Assembly (NCBI GenBank): GCA_017395045.1
Contig: JAFPWG010000027.1
Coordinates: 177,637-241,636, forward strand
DNA: 64,000 nucleotides
Reading direction: 5' to 3'
DNA from: Bacteroidales bacterium
GTDB lineage: Bacteria; Bacteroidota; Bacteroidia; Bacteroidales; UBA932
A program made the position numbers and the translations under genes. Positions 55,602 to 63,652 of this stretch are shown piece after piece. Under the pieces are notes generated by a model that worked only from the letters and a program-made list of their open reading frames with translations, had not been told where the DNA came from and made no database searches. Numbering within the stretch: the stretch's first letter is position 1; each line of letters begins with the position of its first letter.

Positions 55602-57566
55602 ATGAAAAAGAAAATCGACTCGTTTGCCGGCCGGATGACCCGGGTCGTCGTGATCACGGTGTTCGTGACCATGACCATCATCTCGATACTGGTATTCCTG
55701 GTTTCGACTTCCGGACTATTGGCCTATTCCAAGACGCATTATTCCGATATCATGGACAAGGCCCGGGGGAACCTGGCCCTGGTGATGAGCAAGGTGGAAG
55801 TGTCGGCGGAAAACATCATCGACGAATTGACCTGGCATCTGACTACGCCCGAACTGGTTGCATCCACGCTGCAGTACGAACTCAACACCAACCGGCATAT
55901 CTATGGCTGCGGCATCGGTTTCGTGCCGGATTATTATCCGGAAAAAGGCCGCTGGTATGAGCCGTATGCCATCGTCGAGAGCGATTCGATCACCGTAAAG
56001 AACATCGGTTCCGGTGCGCATGACTATCTGAAGGCCGCCTGGTACACGGATGGTTTGGAATCCGAGGAAGGAGTCTGGTCCAATCCCTACCTGGACAGGG
56101 ACGGAGGCGGAACGGTTCTCTGTACGTTCTCCCGTCCTGTAAAGAATCCTGAGGGGAAAGTCGCCGGAGTCTTCGGAGCGGACATATCCCTCGACGAACT
56201 GTCCGTGCTCATCATCGACAACGTCAGGAACGAGAATGAGGAGGACGTCCTCTTCAGCGTGTCTCCCGAGGAGACGGGTCTCCAGATTTACTGTTTCATT
56301 CTGGGACCGGACGGGGATTATATCGCACATCCTGAGAAGGGGCGCATCCTCAAGACCAACTTCTATGATTACGCCAGGGGCAAGAACGCGGACGAATACA
56401 AGGAGTTGGGCGACGCGATGCGTGCTGGGAAGTCAGGCGAAAGGACCGTCGAAATCGACGGGATCAAATCGGAAGTCTATTTCGCGCCGCTCCTGAAGTC
56501 CGGATGGTCCATGGGCATTGTCGTTCCGAGGGAACGCGTGCTGCTGCCCGGGATGCTCATCGGATCCATCATCCTTTTCCTGATCCTGCTGGGACTCCTC
56601 ATCGTTTTCGGCGTCTGCCGCCGGGCCATCCGGAAAACCACGAAACCCCTCATCAAGCTTGCCGAGTCGGCCCAGGAAGTGGCTTTGGGCAGATTTGATA
56701 CAAAGCTTCCCCAGATCAGGAGGAATGACGAGATCCGACTTCTCCGCGACTCCTTCGACAACATGCAGAAATCTCTTGCGGAATACGTGGATGAACTGAA
56801 GGAGACGACGGCCCAGAAGGCTTCCATGGAGAGCGAACTCGGGGTAGCCCGAAGCATCCAGATGTCCATGCTTCCCATGTCCTGGCCCGCATTTCCGGAC
56901 CGGAAAGACCTGGACATCTATGGCAGCGTCACTCCCGCCAAGGCGGTCGGCGGCGATCTGTATGATTTCCGGATCCGGCAGGGAAAACTTTACTTCTGCA
57001 TTGGAGACGTCTCCGGAAAAGGAGTTCCCGCCTCCCTGGTGATGACCGTGGTCAGTTCCATGTTCAGGACCCTGTCGGCTTCCGAAGACAACCCGGTCCG
57101 GATCATGTCATCCATCAACTCCTCGATGTCGTCCAGGAATGAGAGCATGATGTTCGTAACATTCTTCGTCGGTATCCTGGACCTTTCGAACGGAGAGTTG
57201 AAGTACACCAACGCAGGCCATAACGCTCCGATCGTCATCTCCAACGGGAAACCCCGCATGCTGGAGGTCGATTCGAACGTGCCTTTGGGGATAGACCAGG
57301 ATTGGGAATACTCGCTGCAGGTCATGAGGCTGTCTCCCGGCACGGTCTTGTTCCTATACACCGATGGATTGACCGAAGCAACCAGGATCGGCGGTCATCT
57401 GTTCGGAGAGGAGCGGGTTCTTGAACAGTTGTCCCATCATCGGAAAAACGAGAGCATGCAAGCACTCATCTCCCACATGCTTGACGCCGTAGGGGAGTTC
57501 GTGGGCGAGTCTGAGCAGAGCGACGACCTGACGATGCTGGCGCTGCAAATCAGACCAGGGGCCTGA
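55602..57566 (+). CDS. membrane sensor phosphatase: Cache-like periplasmic domain, HAMP, PP2C/SpoIIE domain
   Basis: Two TMs flanking an about 270-aa extracytoplasmic domain (GCGIGFVPDYYP...VAGVFGADISLDEL), a HAMP linker, then ARSIQMSMLP...GGDLYDF...GDVSGKGVPASL...YTDGLTEA...DDLTML. Confidence 0.8.
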   Translation: MKKKIDSFAGRMTRVVVITVFVTMTIISILVFLVSTSGLLAYSKTHYSDIMDKARGNLALVMSKVEVSAENIIDELTWHLTTPELVASTLQYELNTNRHIYGCGIGFVPDYYPEKGRWYEPYAIVESDSITVKNIGSGAHDYLKAAWYTDGLESEEGVWSNPYLDRDGGGTVLCTFSRPVKNPEGKVAGVFGADISLDELSVLIIDNVRNENEEDVLFSVSPEETGLQIYCFILGPDGDYIAHPEKGRILKTNFYDYARGKNADEYKELGDAMRAGKSGERTVEIDGIKSEVYFAPLLKSGWSMGIVVPRERVLLPGMLIGSIILFLILLGLLIVFGVCRRAIRKTTKPLIKLAESAQEVALGRFDTKLPQIRRNDEIRLLRDSFDNMQKSLAEYVDELKETTAQKASMESELGVARSIQMSMLPMSWPAFPDRKDLDIYGSVTPAKAVGGDLYDFRIRQGKLYFCIGDVSGKGVPASLVMTVVSSMFRTLSASEDNPVRIMSSINSSMSSRNESMMFVTFFVGILDLSNGELKYTNAGHNAPIVISNGKPRMLEVDSNVPLGIDQDWEYSLQVMRLSPGTVLFLYTDGLTEATRIGGHLFGEERVLEQLSHHRKNESMQALISHMLDAVGEFVGESEQSDDLTMLALQIRPGA

Positions 57567-57568
57567 TC

Positions 57569-58426
57569 CTACCGTTCGAACGGATTGCCGGAAGGGGAGG
57601 TGCTCACGACCCAGCGGAGGGCATTGACGAACAGGAGGTTCTGCGTCGCGTCCGTGAAGCATTCGTCTCCATGACCCATATTGATGTAAACCATCCGATA
57701 GCGGGTATTCGTCCAGACGACGGGAAAATCTCCTCCATAGACGACATCCTTGAGTCCCATCGGGAAATTCCGCGGGGAAAGGGACACCAGGATCCTGATA
57801 TCCGGATTGAGCCGGGGATCCGGTTGCCATTGATAGTACTCGCTGGCAGGGCATACGTACTCCTCCGGAAGATTCCTGGTAATGTCATGGTCCCGGTCTT
57901 CGATCTCCAGAAGTGCCGGTTGTGGCGGCCAGGTATTGCACAGGAAGCGGACGCCTCCCAGGAATTCATGAAACCAGTCCCATCCGGTGGAAAGGTCGTT
58001 GTATCCGGCCGCGTGGAAACCCAACCAGCCGCCTCCGTTCTCCATATACTTCTCGAAGAGCGCCCTTTCCTCCGGAGTTCCTGGATGAACGTCCGGCATA
58101 ATCAGGACATCGTACTGCGAGAGGTCATCCTTGCCCGACAGGGTCGTATCCACGTCCAGGATCCAGCCATCCCCGACCGTGAGCTTCCGGAAGAAATCCA
58201 AGGCCTGGTGCGTGAACTGCTGATGTCCTTCCTCCACCGCATCCGAATAATACAGGAGCGCACGGAAACGCGTTGTCTGCCCGGCATAGCTGGCAGACCG
58301 CACGTCCGAGGCGGACACGAAGGACTTTTTCCCCTGGTTTCCGTTGGAGGCACAGGAAAGCAGGGAAGCCAATGACACGATCGTGATCAGACGTAGGATG
58401 AGGTTGGAGCGTTTCATGATTTGCAT
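57569..58426 (-). CDS. ThuA-domain lipoprotein
   Basis: Lipobox SLLSC; YDVLIMPDVHPG...GGGWLGFHAAG typical of ThuA-like proteins. Confidence 0.65.
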   Translation of the reverse strand: MQIMKRSNLILRLITIVSLASLLSCASNGNQGKKSFVSASDVRSASYAGQTTRFRALLYYSDAVEEGHQQFTHQALDFFRKLTVGDGWILDVDTTLSGKDDLSQYDVLIMPDVHPGTPEERALFEKYMENGGGWLGFHAAGYNDLSTGWDWFHEFLGGVRFLCNTWPPQPALLEIEDRDHDITRNLPEEYVCPASEYYQWQPDPRLNPDIRILVSLSPRNFPMGLKDVVYGGDFPVVWTNTRYRMVYINMGHGDECFTDATQNLLFVNALRWVVSTSPSGNPFER

Positions 58427-58857
58427 AGTTTCTCAATAATATCGTCCAGCATCCGGAACAGTTCCGGCGTGGTTTCAGGGGTAACGCTGTCGCAGATGAC
58501 CGCATTGCCGATAGCGAGGGGAACTCCGGAAAGCTTTTTCTGGAGTTCCTTGCCCTTCCCGGTCAGGGAAACGATCATCTGGCGGGCATCCTTCTCGCCT
58601 CTCTTACGCACAAGGATACCCTCTTTCTCCATCCGTTGAAGCAGGGGAGTGACCGTATTCGTTTCCAAGTACAGGCGTTTGGCGATGTCATTCACCGGCT
58701 GCGCATCCTTCTCCCACAAAGCCAGCAATACCAGGTACTGCGGATAAGTCAGTCCGTACTGAGAAAGCAGCGGATGATAGGCCTGCGAGAGAAGACGCGA
58801 AGCAGTGTAGAGCCGGAAACAAAGCTGGTTGTCCAGTTTGAATTCCTCTTGGATCAT
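58414..58857 (-). CDS. MarR-family transcriptional regulator (OhrR-like)
   Basis: Winged-helix core LTYPQYLVLLALWEKD...VNDIAKRLYLETNTVTPLLQRMEKEGILVR. N-terminal Cys (NQLCFRLY) as in peroxide-sensing OhrR. Confidence 0.8.
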   Translation of the reverse strand: MIQEEFKLDNQLCFRLYTASRLLSQAYHPLLSQYGLTYPQYLVLLALWEKDAQPVNDIAKRLYLETNTVTPLLQRMEKEGILVRKRGEKDARQMIVSLTGKGKELQKKLSGVPLAIGNAVICDSVTPETTPELFRMLDDIIEKLCKS

Positions 58858-59396
58858 ATCATTCCCTGGATGTCCTTTTCGATATCCTCCGGTTTTGTGA
58901 CGGGAGCATAGCGCTTGATGACCGTTCCGTCACGGTTTACAAGGAACTTCGTAAAGTTCCAGAGGATGTCGCTGTCTTTTTCCACACTCTTGCTGATGCC
59001 TTTGAGCATGGTCCGAGTGGCCTTGGCTTTCAGCCCATTATACGCTTCGGTCGGAGCCTGGGACTTCAGATACTCGAAAATGGGTTCGGCGTTGGCTCCA
59101 TTCACATCGGTCTTTGCCATCAGGGGGAAAGTGACACCGTGGTTGATGCGGCAGAATTCCTCAATCTGCTCGTTGGATCCGGGTTCCTGACCGGCGAACT
59201 GATCGCACGGGAATCCCACGATGACCAGTCCCTGGTCCTTATACTTCTGATAGAGGGCCTCCAGGCCGTCGTACTGGGGGGTAAAACCGCATTTGGATGC
59301 AGTATTGACAATCATCAGGACTTTGCCTTCAAACTGGGCGAAATCCACTTCAGCACCTTTGTTGCCGGTGGTCTTGAAATCGTAAATCTTTGCCAT
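58854..59396 (-). CDS. glutathione peroxidase
   Basis: LMIVNTASKCGFTPQY, VGFPCDQFAGQEPG, WNFTKFLV. Start at ATG 59396, not the 59477 track start. Confidence 0.9.
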   Translation of the reverse strand: MAKIYDFKTTGNKGAEVDFAQFEGKVLMIVNTASKCGFTPQYDGLEALYQKYKDQGLVIVGFPCDQFAGQEPGSNEQIEEFCRINHGVTFPLMAKTDVNGANAEPIFEYLKSQAPTEAYNGLKAKATRTMLKGISKSVEKDSDILWNFTKFLVNRDGTVIKRYAPVTKPEDIEKDIQGMI

Positions 59397-59411
59397 ATCT
59401 TTCTTTTTTAT

Positions 59412-59461
59412 ATCGTTCACGATGCAAATATACGACTTTCTTTTTATATCGCAAGCGATAT
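59412..59461. promoter_or_regulatory. two palindromic operator candidates in the gpx-marR-thuA promoter
   Basis: ATCGT-TC-ACGAT (59412-59423) and ATATCGC-AA-GCGATAT (59446-59461), each preceded by TTTTTATATCG. They bracket a minus-strand TATATTTG -7 box (59425-59432). Confidence 0.5.
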
Positions 59462-59511
59462 TTTTTAAAAAGTGCAAAAAAAAGTATATTTGTATTATAT
59501 ACTAAGGTTTT

Positions 59512-60675
59512 ATGGAAAAGAATAGAGAAATCTGGTTGGACTGGCTACGTGTAACCGCCTGTTTCCTCGTCATGCTGACACACAGCACGGAACCTTTCTA
59601 TCTGGGAGGGGAAGGATCGTTGATATTGACCCACTCAGATGCCGTATGGACGTCTATCATGGATGTCCTGTCAAGGGCGGCAGTCGCATTGTTCGTTATC
59701 GCATCCAGCTATCTCCAATTGCCTCTCCGCTATTCCACGGGGGAGTTTTTCCGCAAGAGGGCATCAAGGATTCTGCCTCCTTTCCTGATTTGGACGATCG
59801 TTTATGCATTCGCTTTCGGTGAGCCGGTACAGAATTTCAGGGATCTCCTCTGGAATTTCAACTATGCGGCCGGTCATCTCTGGTTTGTATATATGCTCGT
59901 CGGCCTGTACCTGGCGATGCCGCTTATCTCGCCCTGGGCTGAAAGAGTTGGGAAGCGGGAATTGCAGGTATATCTGGGCATTTGGCTGTTTACCACGATG
60001 ATTCCGTTGATCCGCGATTGGCTGGGAGGGGCAGCACCGGTCATATACGGTCCATCGGGCATCCCGAATCCGGCCAAATATCCGCTGTGGGGAGAAGCCA
60101 GCTGGAACACCTATGGACTATTCTATTACGTAAGCGGAATGCTGGGCTATGCGCTAATGGGCCTGTATTTCAAGAAGTTCGTGGGAGAGATGACTTGGAA
60201 AAAGACGCTTGCCATCGCCTTTCCGGTCTTCTCTGCCGGTTTCGCCATCAGCGTTTTCGGTTTTCTCCGCCGCGTCGGCGCCGATTCCGGGGGCGTCTTT
60301 CCCGTAGAGGGCCCCGTCGGACTGGCCGCGATCTGGGAGACGACCTGGCTCAACGACAGCATCGGCGTTGCGCTGATGGCCATCGGCTGGATCCTGATCC
60401 TGCGGAAAATCAATTTCGACAACCGATTCTACCGGAAAGTGGTCCAGCCGGTCTCGAAGGCCAGCTACGGGATGTATTTGAGCCATATGCTGGTGCTTGG
60501 TCTGATATCGGCATGGCTGCGCGATGCTCTCCGGCTCGGCGGCGAGGGGGTGCTCGGACTGTGGACGACCCCCGTGCAGATCGTAGCGACCGCACTGATC
60601 TCATATGTGATTGTCGCCACCGCCTGCGTTCTGATCCGGAAGATTCCCAGGTTGGGCAAAGTAATTGTCGGATAA
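59512..60675 (+). CDS. acyltransferase family 3 (OafA-like) membrane protein
   Basis: WLDWLRVTACFLVMLTHS... and about 10 TMs. TATATTTG -7 box at 59485-59492. Confidence 0.8.
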   Translation: MEKNREIWLDWLRVTACFLVMLTHSTEPFYLGGEGSLILTHSDAVWTSIMDVLSRAAVALFVIASSYLQLPLRYSTGEFFRKRASRILPPFLIWTIVYAFAFGEPVQNFRDLLWNFNYAAGHLWFVYMLVGLYLAMPLISPWAERVGKRELQVYLGIWLFTTMIPLIRDWLGGAAPVIYGPSGIPNPAKYPLWGEASWNTYGLFYYVSGMLGYALMGLYFKKFVGEMTWKKTLAIAFPVFSAGFAISVFGFLRRVGADSGGVFPVEGPVGLAAIWETTWLNDSIGVALMAIGWILILRKINFDNRFYRKVVQPVSKASYGMYLSHMLVLGLISAWLRDALRLGGEGVLGLWTTPVQIVATALISYVIVATACVLIRKIPRLGKVIVG

Positions 60676-60695
60676 TCCTTTATTAAAAAAGAATC

Positions 60696-61370
60696 ATGGA
60701 ACTGACAGAAGCGATCAAGGCACGGCATTCCGTGCGGAAATACGCGGATAAACCCATTGAGACATCCAAAGTCGCCGCGCTGAGAGGAGATATCGAAAAA
60801 TGCAATGCGGCGAGCGGACTGAACATCCAACTGGTCCTGGACGAGCCGAAGGCCTTTTCTTCAGGGATATGGAAATACGGTCAATTCTCCGGAGTGAAGA
60901 ATTACCTGGTGATGGCCGGGCCTAAAGGGTGGGAGACAGAAGAGAGAATCGGCTACTATGGGGAAAGGCTCGTCCTTCTTGCCCAGACACTTGGCCTGAA
61001 CAGTTGCTGGGTGGGCTTGACCTACAAGAAAATACCCGGGACCTATACGATGCGGGAGGGCGATGTCGTACACTGTGTAATCGCTTTGGGCTACGGGTTG
61101 ACTTCCGGTATCCAGCATCCCCGGAAACCGGCAGAGAACTTCTATGAATGCGAAGGCGTTCCGCCGGAGTGGTTCCTGGCCGGCGTGGAGGCGGCACTCC
61201 TCGCCCCGACGGCCGTCAATCAACAGAAATTCAAATTCATCCTGCACGAGAGAGACAAGGTCGAAGCCAAGCCCCTGTTCTCCATGGCGGGTTATACCCG
61301 GACCGACCTGGGCATTGTCAAGTATCACTTTGAAATCGGCGCGGGCAAGGACCGCTTCGGGTGGATCTAG
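60696..61370 (+). CDS. nitroreductase-family protein
   Basis: AIKARHSVRKY...; LLAPTAVNQQ. Confidence 0.8.
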   Translation: MELTEAIKARHSVRKYADKPIETSKVAALRGDIEKCNAASGLNIQLVLDEPKAFSSGIWKYGQFSGVKNYLVMAGPKGWETEERIGYYGERLVLLAQTLGLNSCWVGLTYKKIPGTYTMREGDVVHCVIALGYGLTSGIQHPRKPAENFYECEGVPPEWFLAGVEAALLAPTAVNQQKFKFILHERDKVEAKPLFSMAGYTRTDLGIVKYHFEIGAGKDRFGWI

Positions 61371-61640
61371 GAGGCGTTCTCCGGTCCCGGGAGGCGGATG
61401 GCCGGCATCGTGAGGTCGCCGCTCCGTTCCGCATTTCCTACGAAACTGTGAACGGTTCCGGTTTCCTGCAGTACATTCAGGATGCGCTGCTCGCCGAACT
61501 GGTCGTGGTTTTCAGTCTCCGCCGGTCATGACGGGGCAAGAACCCGAAGAGCGTTGCGGACATCATGGAATCATTGCGCCCTTCCGAGGAGGAATTGACG
61601 ATGGGCTGAATATACGAATCCTTTAAGGAATACTTCCCGC

Positions 61641-61871
61641 TCACAGGATTTTCATCGCAATGTGGGCGCAAGCCTCCGCGTCGGCGAGGGCATGGTGATG
61701 ATTCATGAGATCGAAGCCGCATGCCGCCGCAACTGTCTGCAACCGATGATCCGGCAACCTGCCGCCAAAGAGTCTGCGGGATGCACGCAAGGTATCAAAG
61801 AAGACATAGTCCGGATAATCCATCCGATAGACCTTGAAAACCGCTTTGAGACAACCCTCGTCAAATGTACG
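61641..61871 (-). pseudogene. 3' half of a DEDDh (DnaQ/epsilon-like) 3'-5' exonuclease gene
   Basis: FDEGCLKAVF...NHHHALADAEACAHIAMKIL (Exo III H-x4-D). There is no Exo I/II part or proper start; the track start is a TTG. Homology stops at 61865-61871. Confidence 0.75.
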
Positions 61872-62013
61872 AGTCAACTTTTTTCAGGGAAAGACATCGT
61901 TCCGATTGAAAGTGCCCCCCACGTCCTGATGATGGGATCTATAATAGAAAGCAGTCTGGAGCTGTTTTTCATCTCAGCAACCTGCCTTTTTTCATCAGAT
62001 GAAAAGAGAAAGA

Positions 62014-62060
62014 TCAGGGGGTCAATTAGAAGGAGAATGAGGGGGTCAATTTAGAGGGGA
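62014..62060 (+). repeat. tandem direct repeat GGGGGTCAATT(T)AGA, 24-nt period
   Basis: tcaGGGGGTCAATTAGAAGGAGA and tgaGGGGGTCAATTTAGAGGGGA, at 62017 and 62041. Confidence 0.7.
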
Positions 62061-62157
62061 TTTTCCATCATGTTCCTGAAAATGATTCAGAGAATCTCGG
62101 CTTTGTTGTTTTCAAGTCCGTTTTAGTACCGACTACATGGAAGTTAATACCGGAGAG

Positions 62158-62358
62158 TTTGAACCACATTTGAACCATGTACTGCGCAACTCATTGATAA
62201 TCAATGTATTTAACATTCTGCATCGGGAAATAACCGGAAAACGAATAGGTAAGAACTTCTATCATTATGTAGAAATGTTTACGAATCAATTTAATAGAGA
62301 AAAGACCGATTCCAGTTATTACTCTGTGATTTCCTTTTTTTGAACCATACGTGGTTCA
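62158..62358 (+). repeat. dispersed TTTGAACCA motifs (3 direct, 1 inverted)
   Basis: TTTGAACCA at 62158-62166, 62169-62177 (11-nt period) and 62339-62347. Inverted TGGTTCA at 62352-62358 forms the TGAACCA-TACG-TGGTTCA palindrome. Confidence 0.6.
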
Positions 62359-62973
62359 TGGTCTCGATAGTGTTATGCCATAGTACGTACCGTGACATTA
62401 TAATAACTTGTCCCCCATCACACGGGAGTAATGGCGTCGCAGAGGTTCTGAGAATTGTTCCGGATAATAATTGTAATAAGTTCGTACGAACGATGAAATC
62501 TCGCCAGAAAGAATCTGTATTCTCCATTTGCCGGGCCGTACTTATCAGAGCCTTTCTTGAAACAGCCTGTCCTCTCCCCTCTATTCTGTATCTACGGAAT
62601 ACGTACGTCCGTTGATCTTGATTGTCTTGATGGCCTGACCGTTAGCGGTGATTTTCCCGTCCTCGCCTTTTTTTCTGCTCCGGAGATCCTTCCTTGAGCA
62701 CGGATATATTATCAATACCAAAAGGAGAAGCCGTCCCCGACGGGTTTGAATTCCAGGTTCTCGGCTTCGGCACTTCGAATCCGTACACTGTCACGTCTTG
62801 CGACCCAAAGCCGCAGCAGCGCATCCTGCACCACATCCTCCTGGTTTTTAACACCCCAATAATGCTTTCGCCGAAAAATGAGTAAATTTGAGCCATGGAA
62901 TACCTGTCAAAACATCGATACGGCGAGATTGCGGAATCCTGCGCCTTAGAATCGAAAGCATCACCATGGGGTT

Positions 62974-63241
62974 ATGAAGGATTTTGCAGCCATTGATTTC
63001 GAGACGGCGAACGAGTGCCCCAGCAGTGTGTGCAGCGTGGGGATCGTCGTCGTGCGGGACGGTGTGATCGCAGACCGGTTCTACAGTTTGATCCATCCCG
63101 AGCCGGAGTATTACCAGTGGTTTTGCCGGCAGGTGCATGGATTAAGCCCTGAGGATACGGAAGATGCCCCCGTATTCCCTTTTGTCTGGGAGCGGATCGA
63201 ACCGCTGATTGAAGGACTTCCTCTGGTCGCCCATAACCGTA
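62974..63241 (+). pseudogene. 5' half of the same DEDDh exonuclease gene
   Basis: MKDFAAIDFETAN (Exo I) ... LPLVAHN (Exo II start). The frame then runs into unrelated sequence (RKARVND...). Confidence 0.75.
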
Positions 63242-63256
63242 AAGCACGAGTTAACG

Positions 63257-63652
63257 ATGTTTATTTATCAGACGAAGAAGCGCGAACTGTACTATGAGCG
63301 GGTCATAGCGCTGTATCAACAGACCGGTTATGGGAAGAAACGGCTAGGAAAGCTATTTCCCGAGATTGGAGAGAAGACTATTTCCAGATGGATTGCTAAC
63401 TTTGTATCCGAGAACCCGCAAGTAGCATCCATGAGACGAGCGAAACCAGCACGAACAGCCCCTGTTCAAGCGCCGGAAGTTCAATCTGAAAAGCTTCCGA
63501 CGGATGTCCAGGAACTCCAGGCCGAACTGAAGAGACTGCGGGCGCAGCTGACTAAGGCGGAGATCAAGGCCGAAGCATACGACGAGCTCATCAATGTCGC
63601 CGAGGCCAAGTTCAACATCCAGATCAGAAAAAAAGCTGGCGCCAAGCAGTAG
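63257..63652 (+). CDS. IS3-family transposase OrfA (HTH plus leucine zipper)
   Basis: KRLGKLFPEIGEKTISRWIANF HTH; LQAELKRLRAQLTKAEIKAEA coiled coil. Start at the internal ATG of ORF 63209-63652. Confidence 0.8.
   Translation: MFIYQTKKRELYYERVIALYQQTGYGKKRLGKLFPEIGEKTISRWIANFVSENPQVASMRRAKPARTAPVQAPEVQSEKLPTDVQELQAELKRLRAQLTKAEIKAEAYDELINVAEAKFNIQIRKKAGAKQ
63628..63634 (+). promoter_or_regulatory. programmed -1 ribosomal frameshift heptamer A AAA AAA
   Basis: Seven A residues in the orfA zero frame (aga aaa aaa gct), 16 nt before the orfA stop. The -1 frame continues open as OrfB. Confidence 0.65.

Noticed and set aside
61371-61640. A 270-nt gap between the nitroreductase and the exonuclease fragment, examined for a gene remnant or RNA.
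   Set aside because: All six frames give only short stop-interrupted stretches with nothing recognisable, and I could see no clear promoter/terminator pair or structured motif.
61872-61975. Minus-strand frame ending ...AFYYRSHHQDVGGTFNRNDVFP*, vaguely like the C-terminus of IS3 OrfB (YYN..RPH..LGG.TP), suggesting an inverted IS right-end remnant.
   Set aside because: The similarity is weak and gapped, stops occur about 30 codons upstream, and the flanking ends do not form inverted repeats with the 63242 junction. It is mentioned only as an alternative model.
62137-62615. Short low-GC ORFs (68 aa at 62137-62343, 91 aa at 62340-62615, and 78 aa on the minus strand at 62291-62527) in the island.
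   Set aside because: They mutually overlap, have no recognisable motifs, and contain the DNA repeats themselves. They are more likely non-coding. They are kept only as context for the island finding.
62712-62897. Minus-strand frame reading ...RRKHYWGVKNQEDVVQDALLRLWVARRDSV..., reminiscent of region 2 of an ECF sigma factor.
   Set aside because: Only about 20 residues resemble the family. There is no start codon, a stop immediately upstream, and the similarity vanishes downstream. At best it is a decayed fragment and cannot be confirmed without a search.
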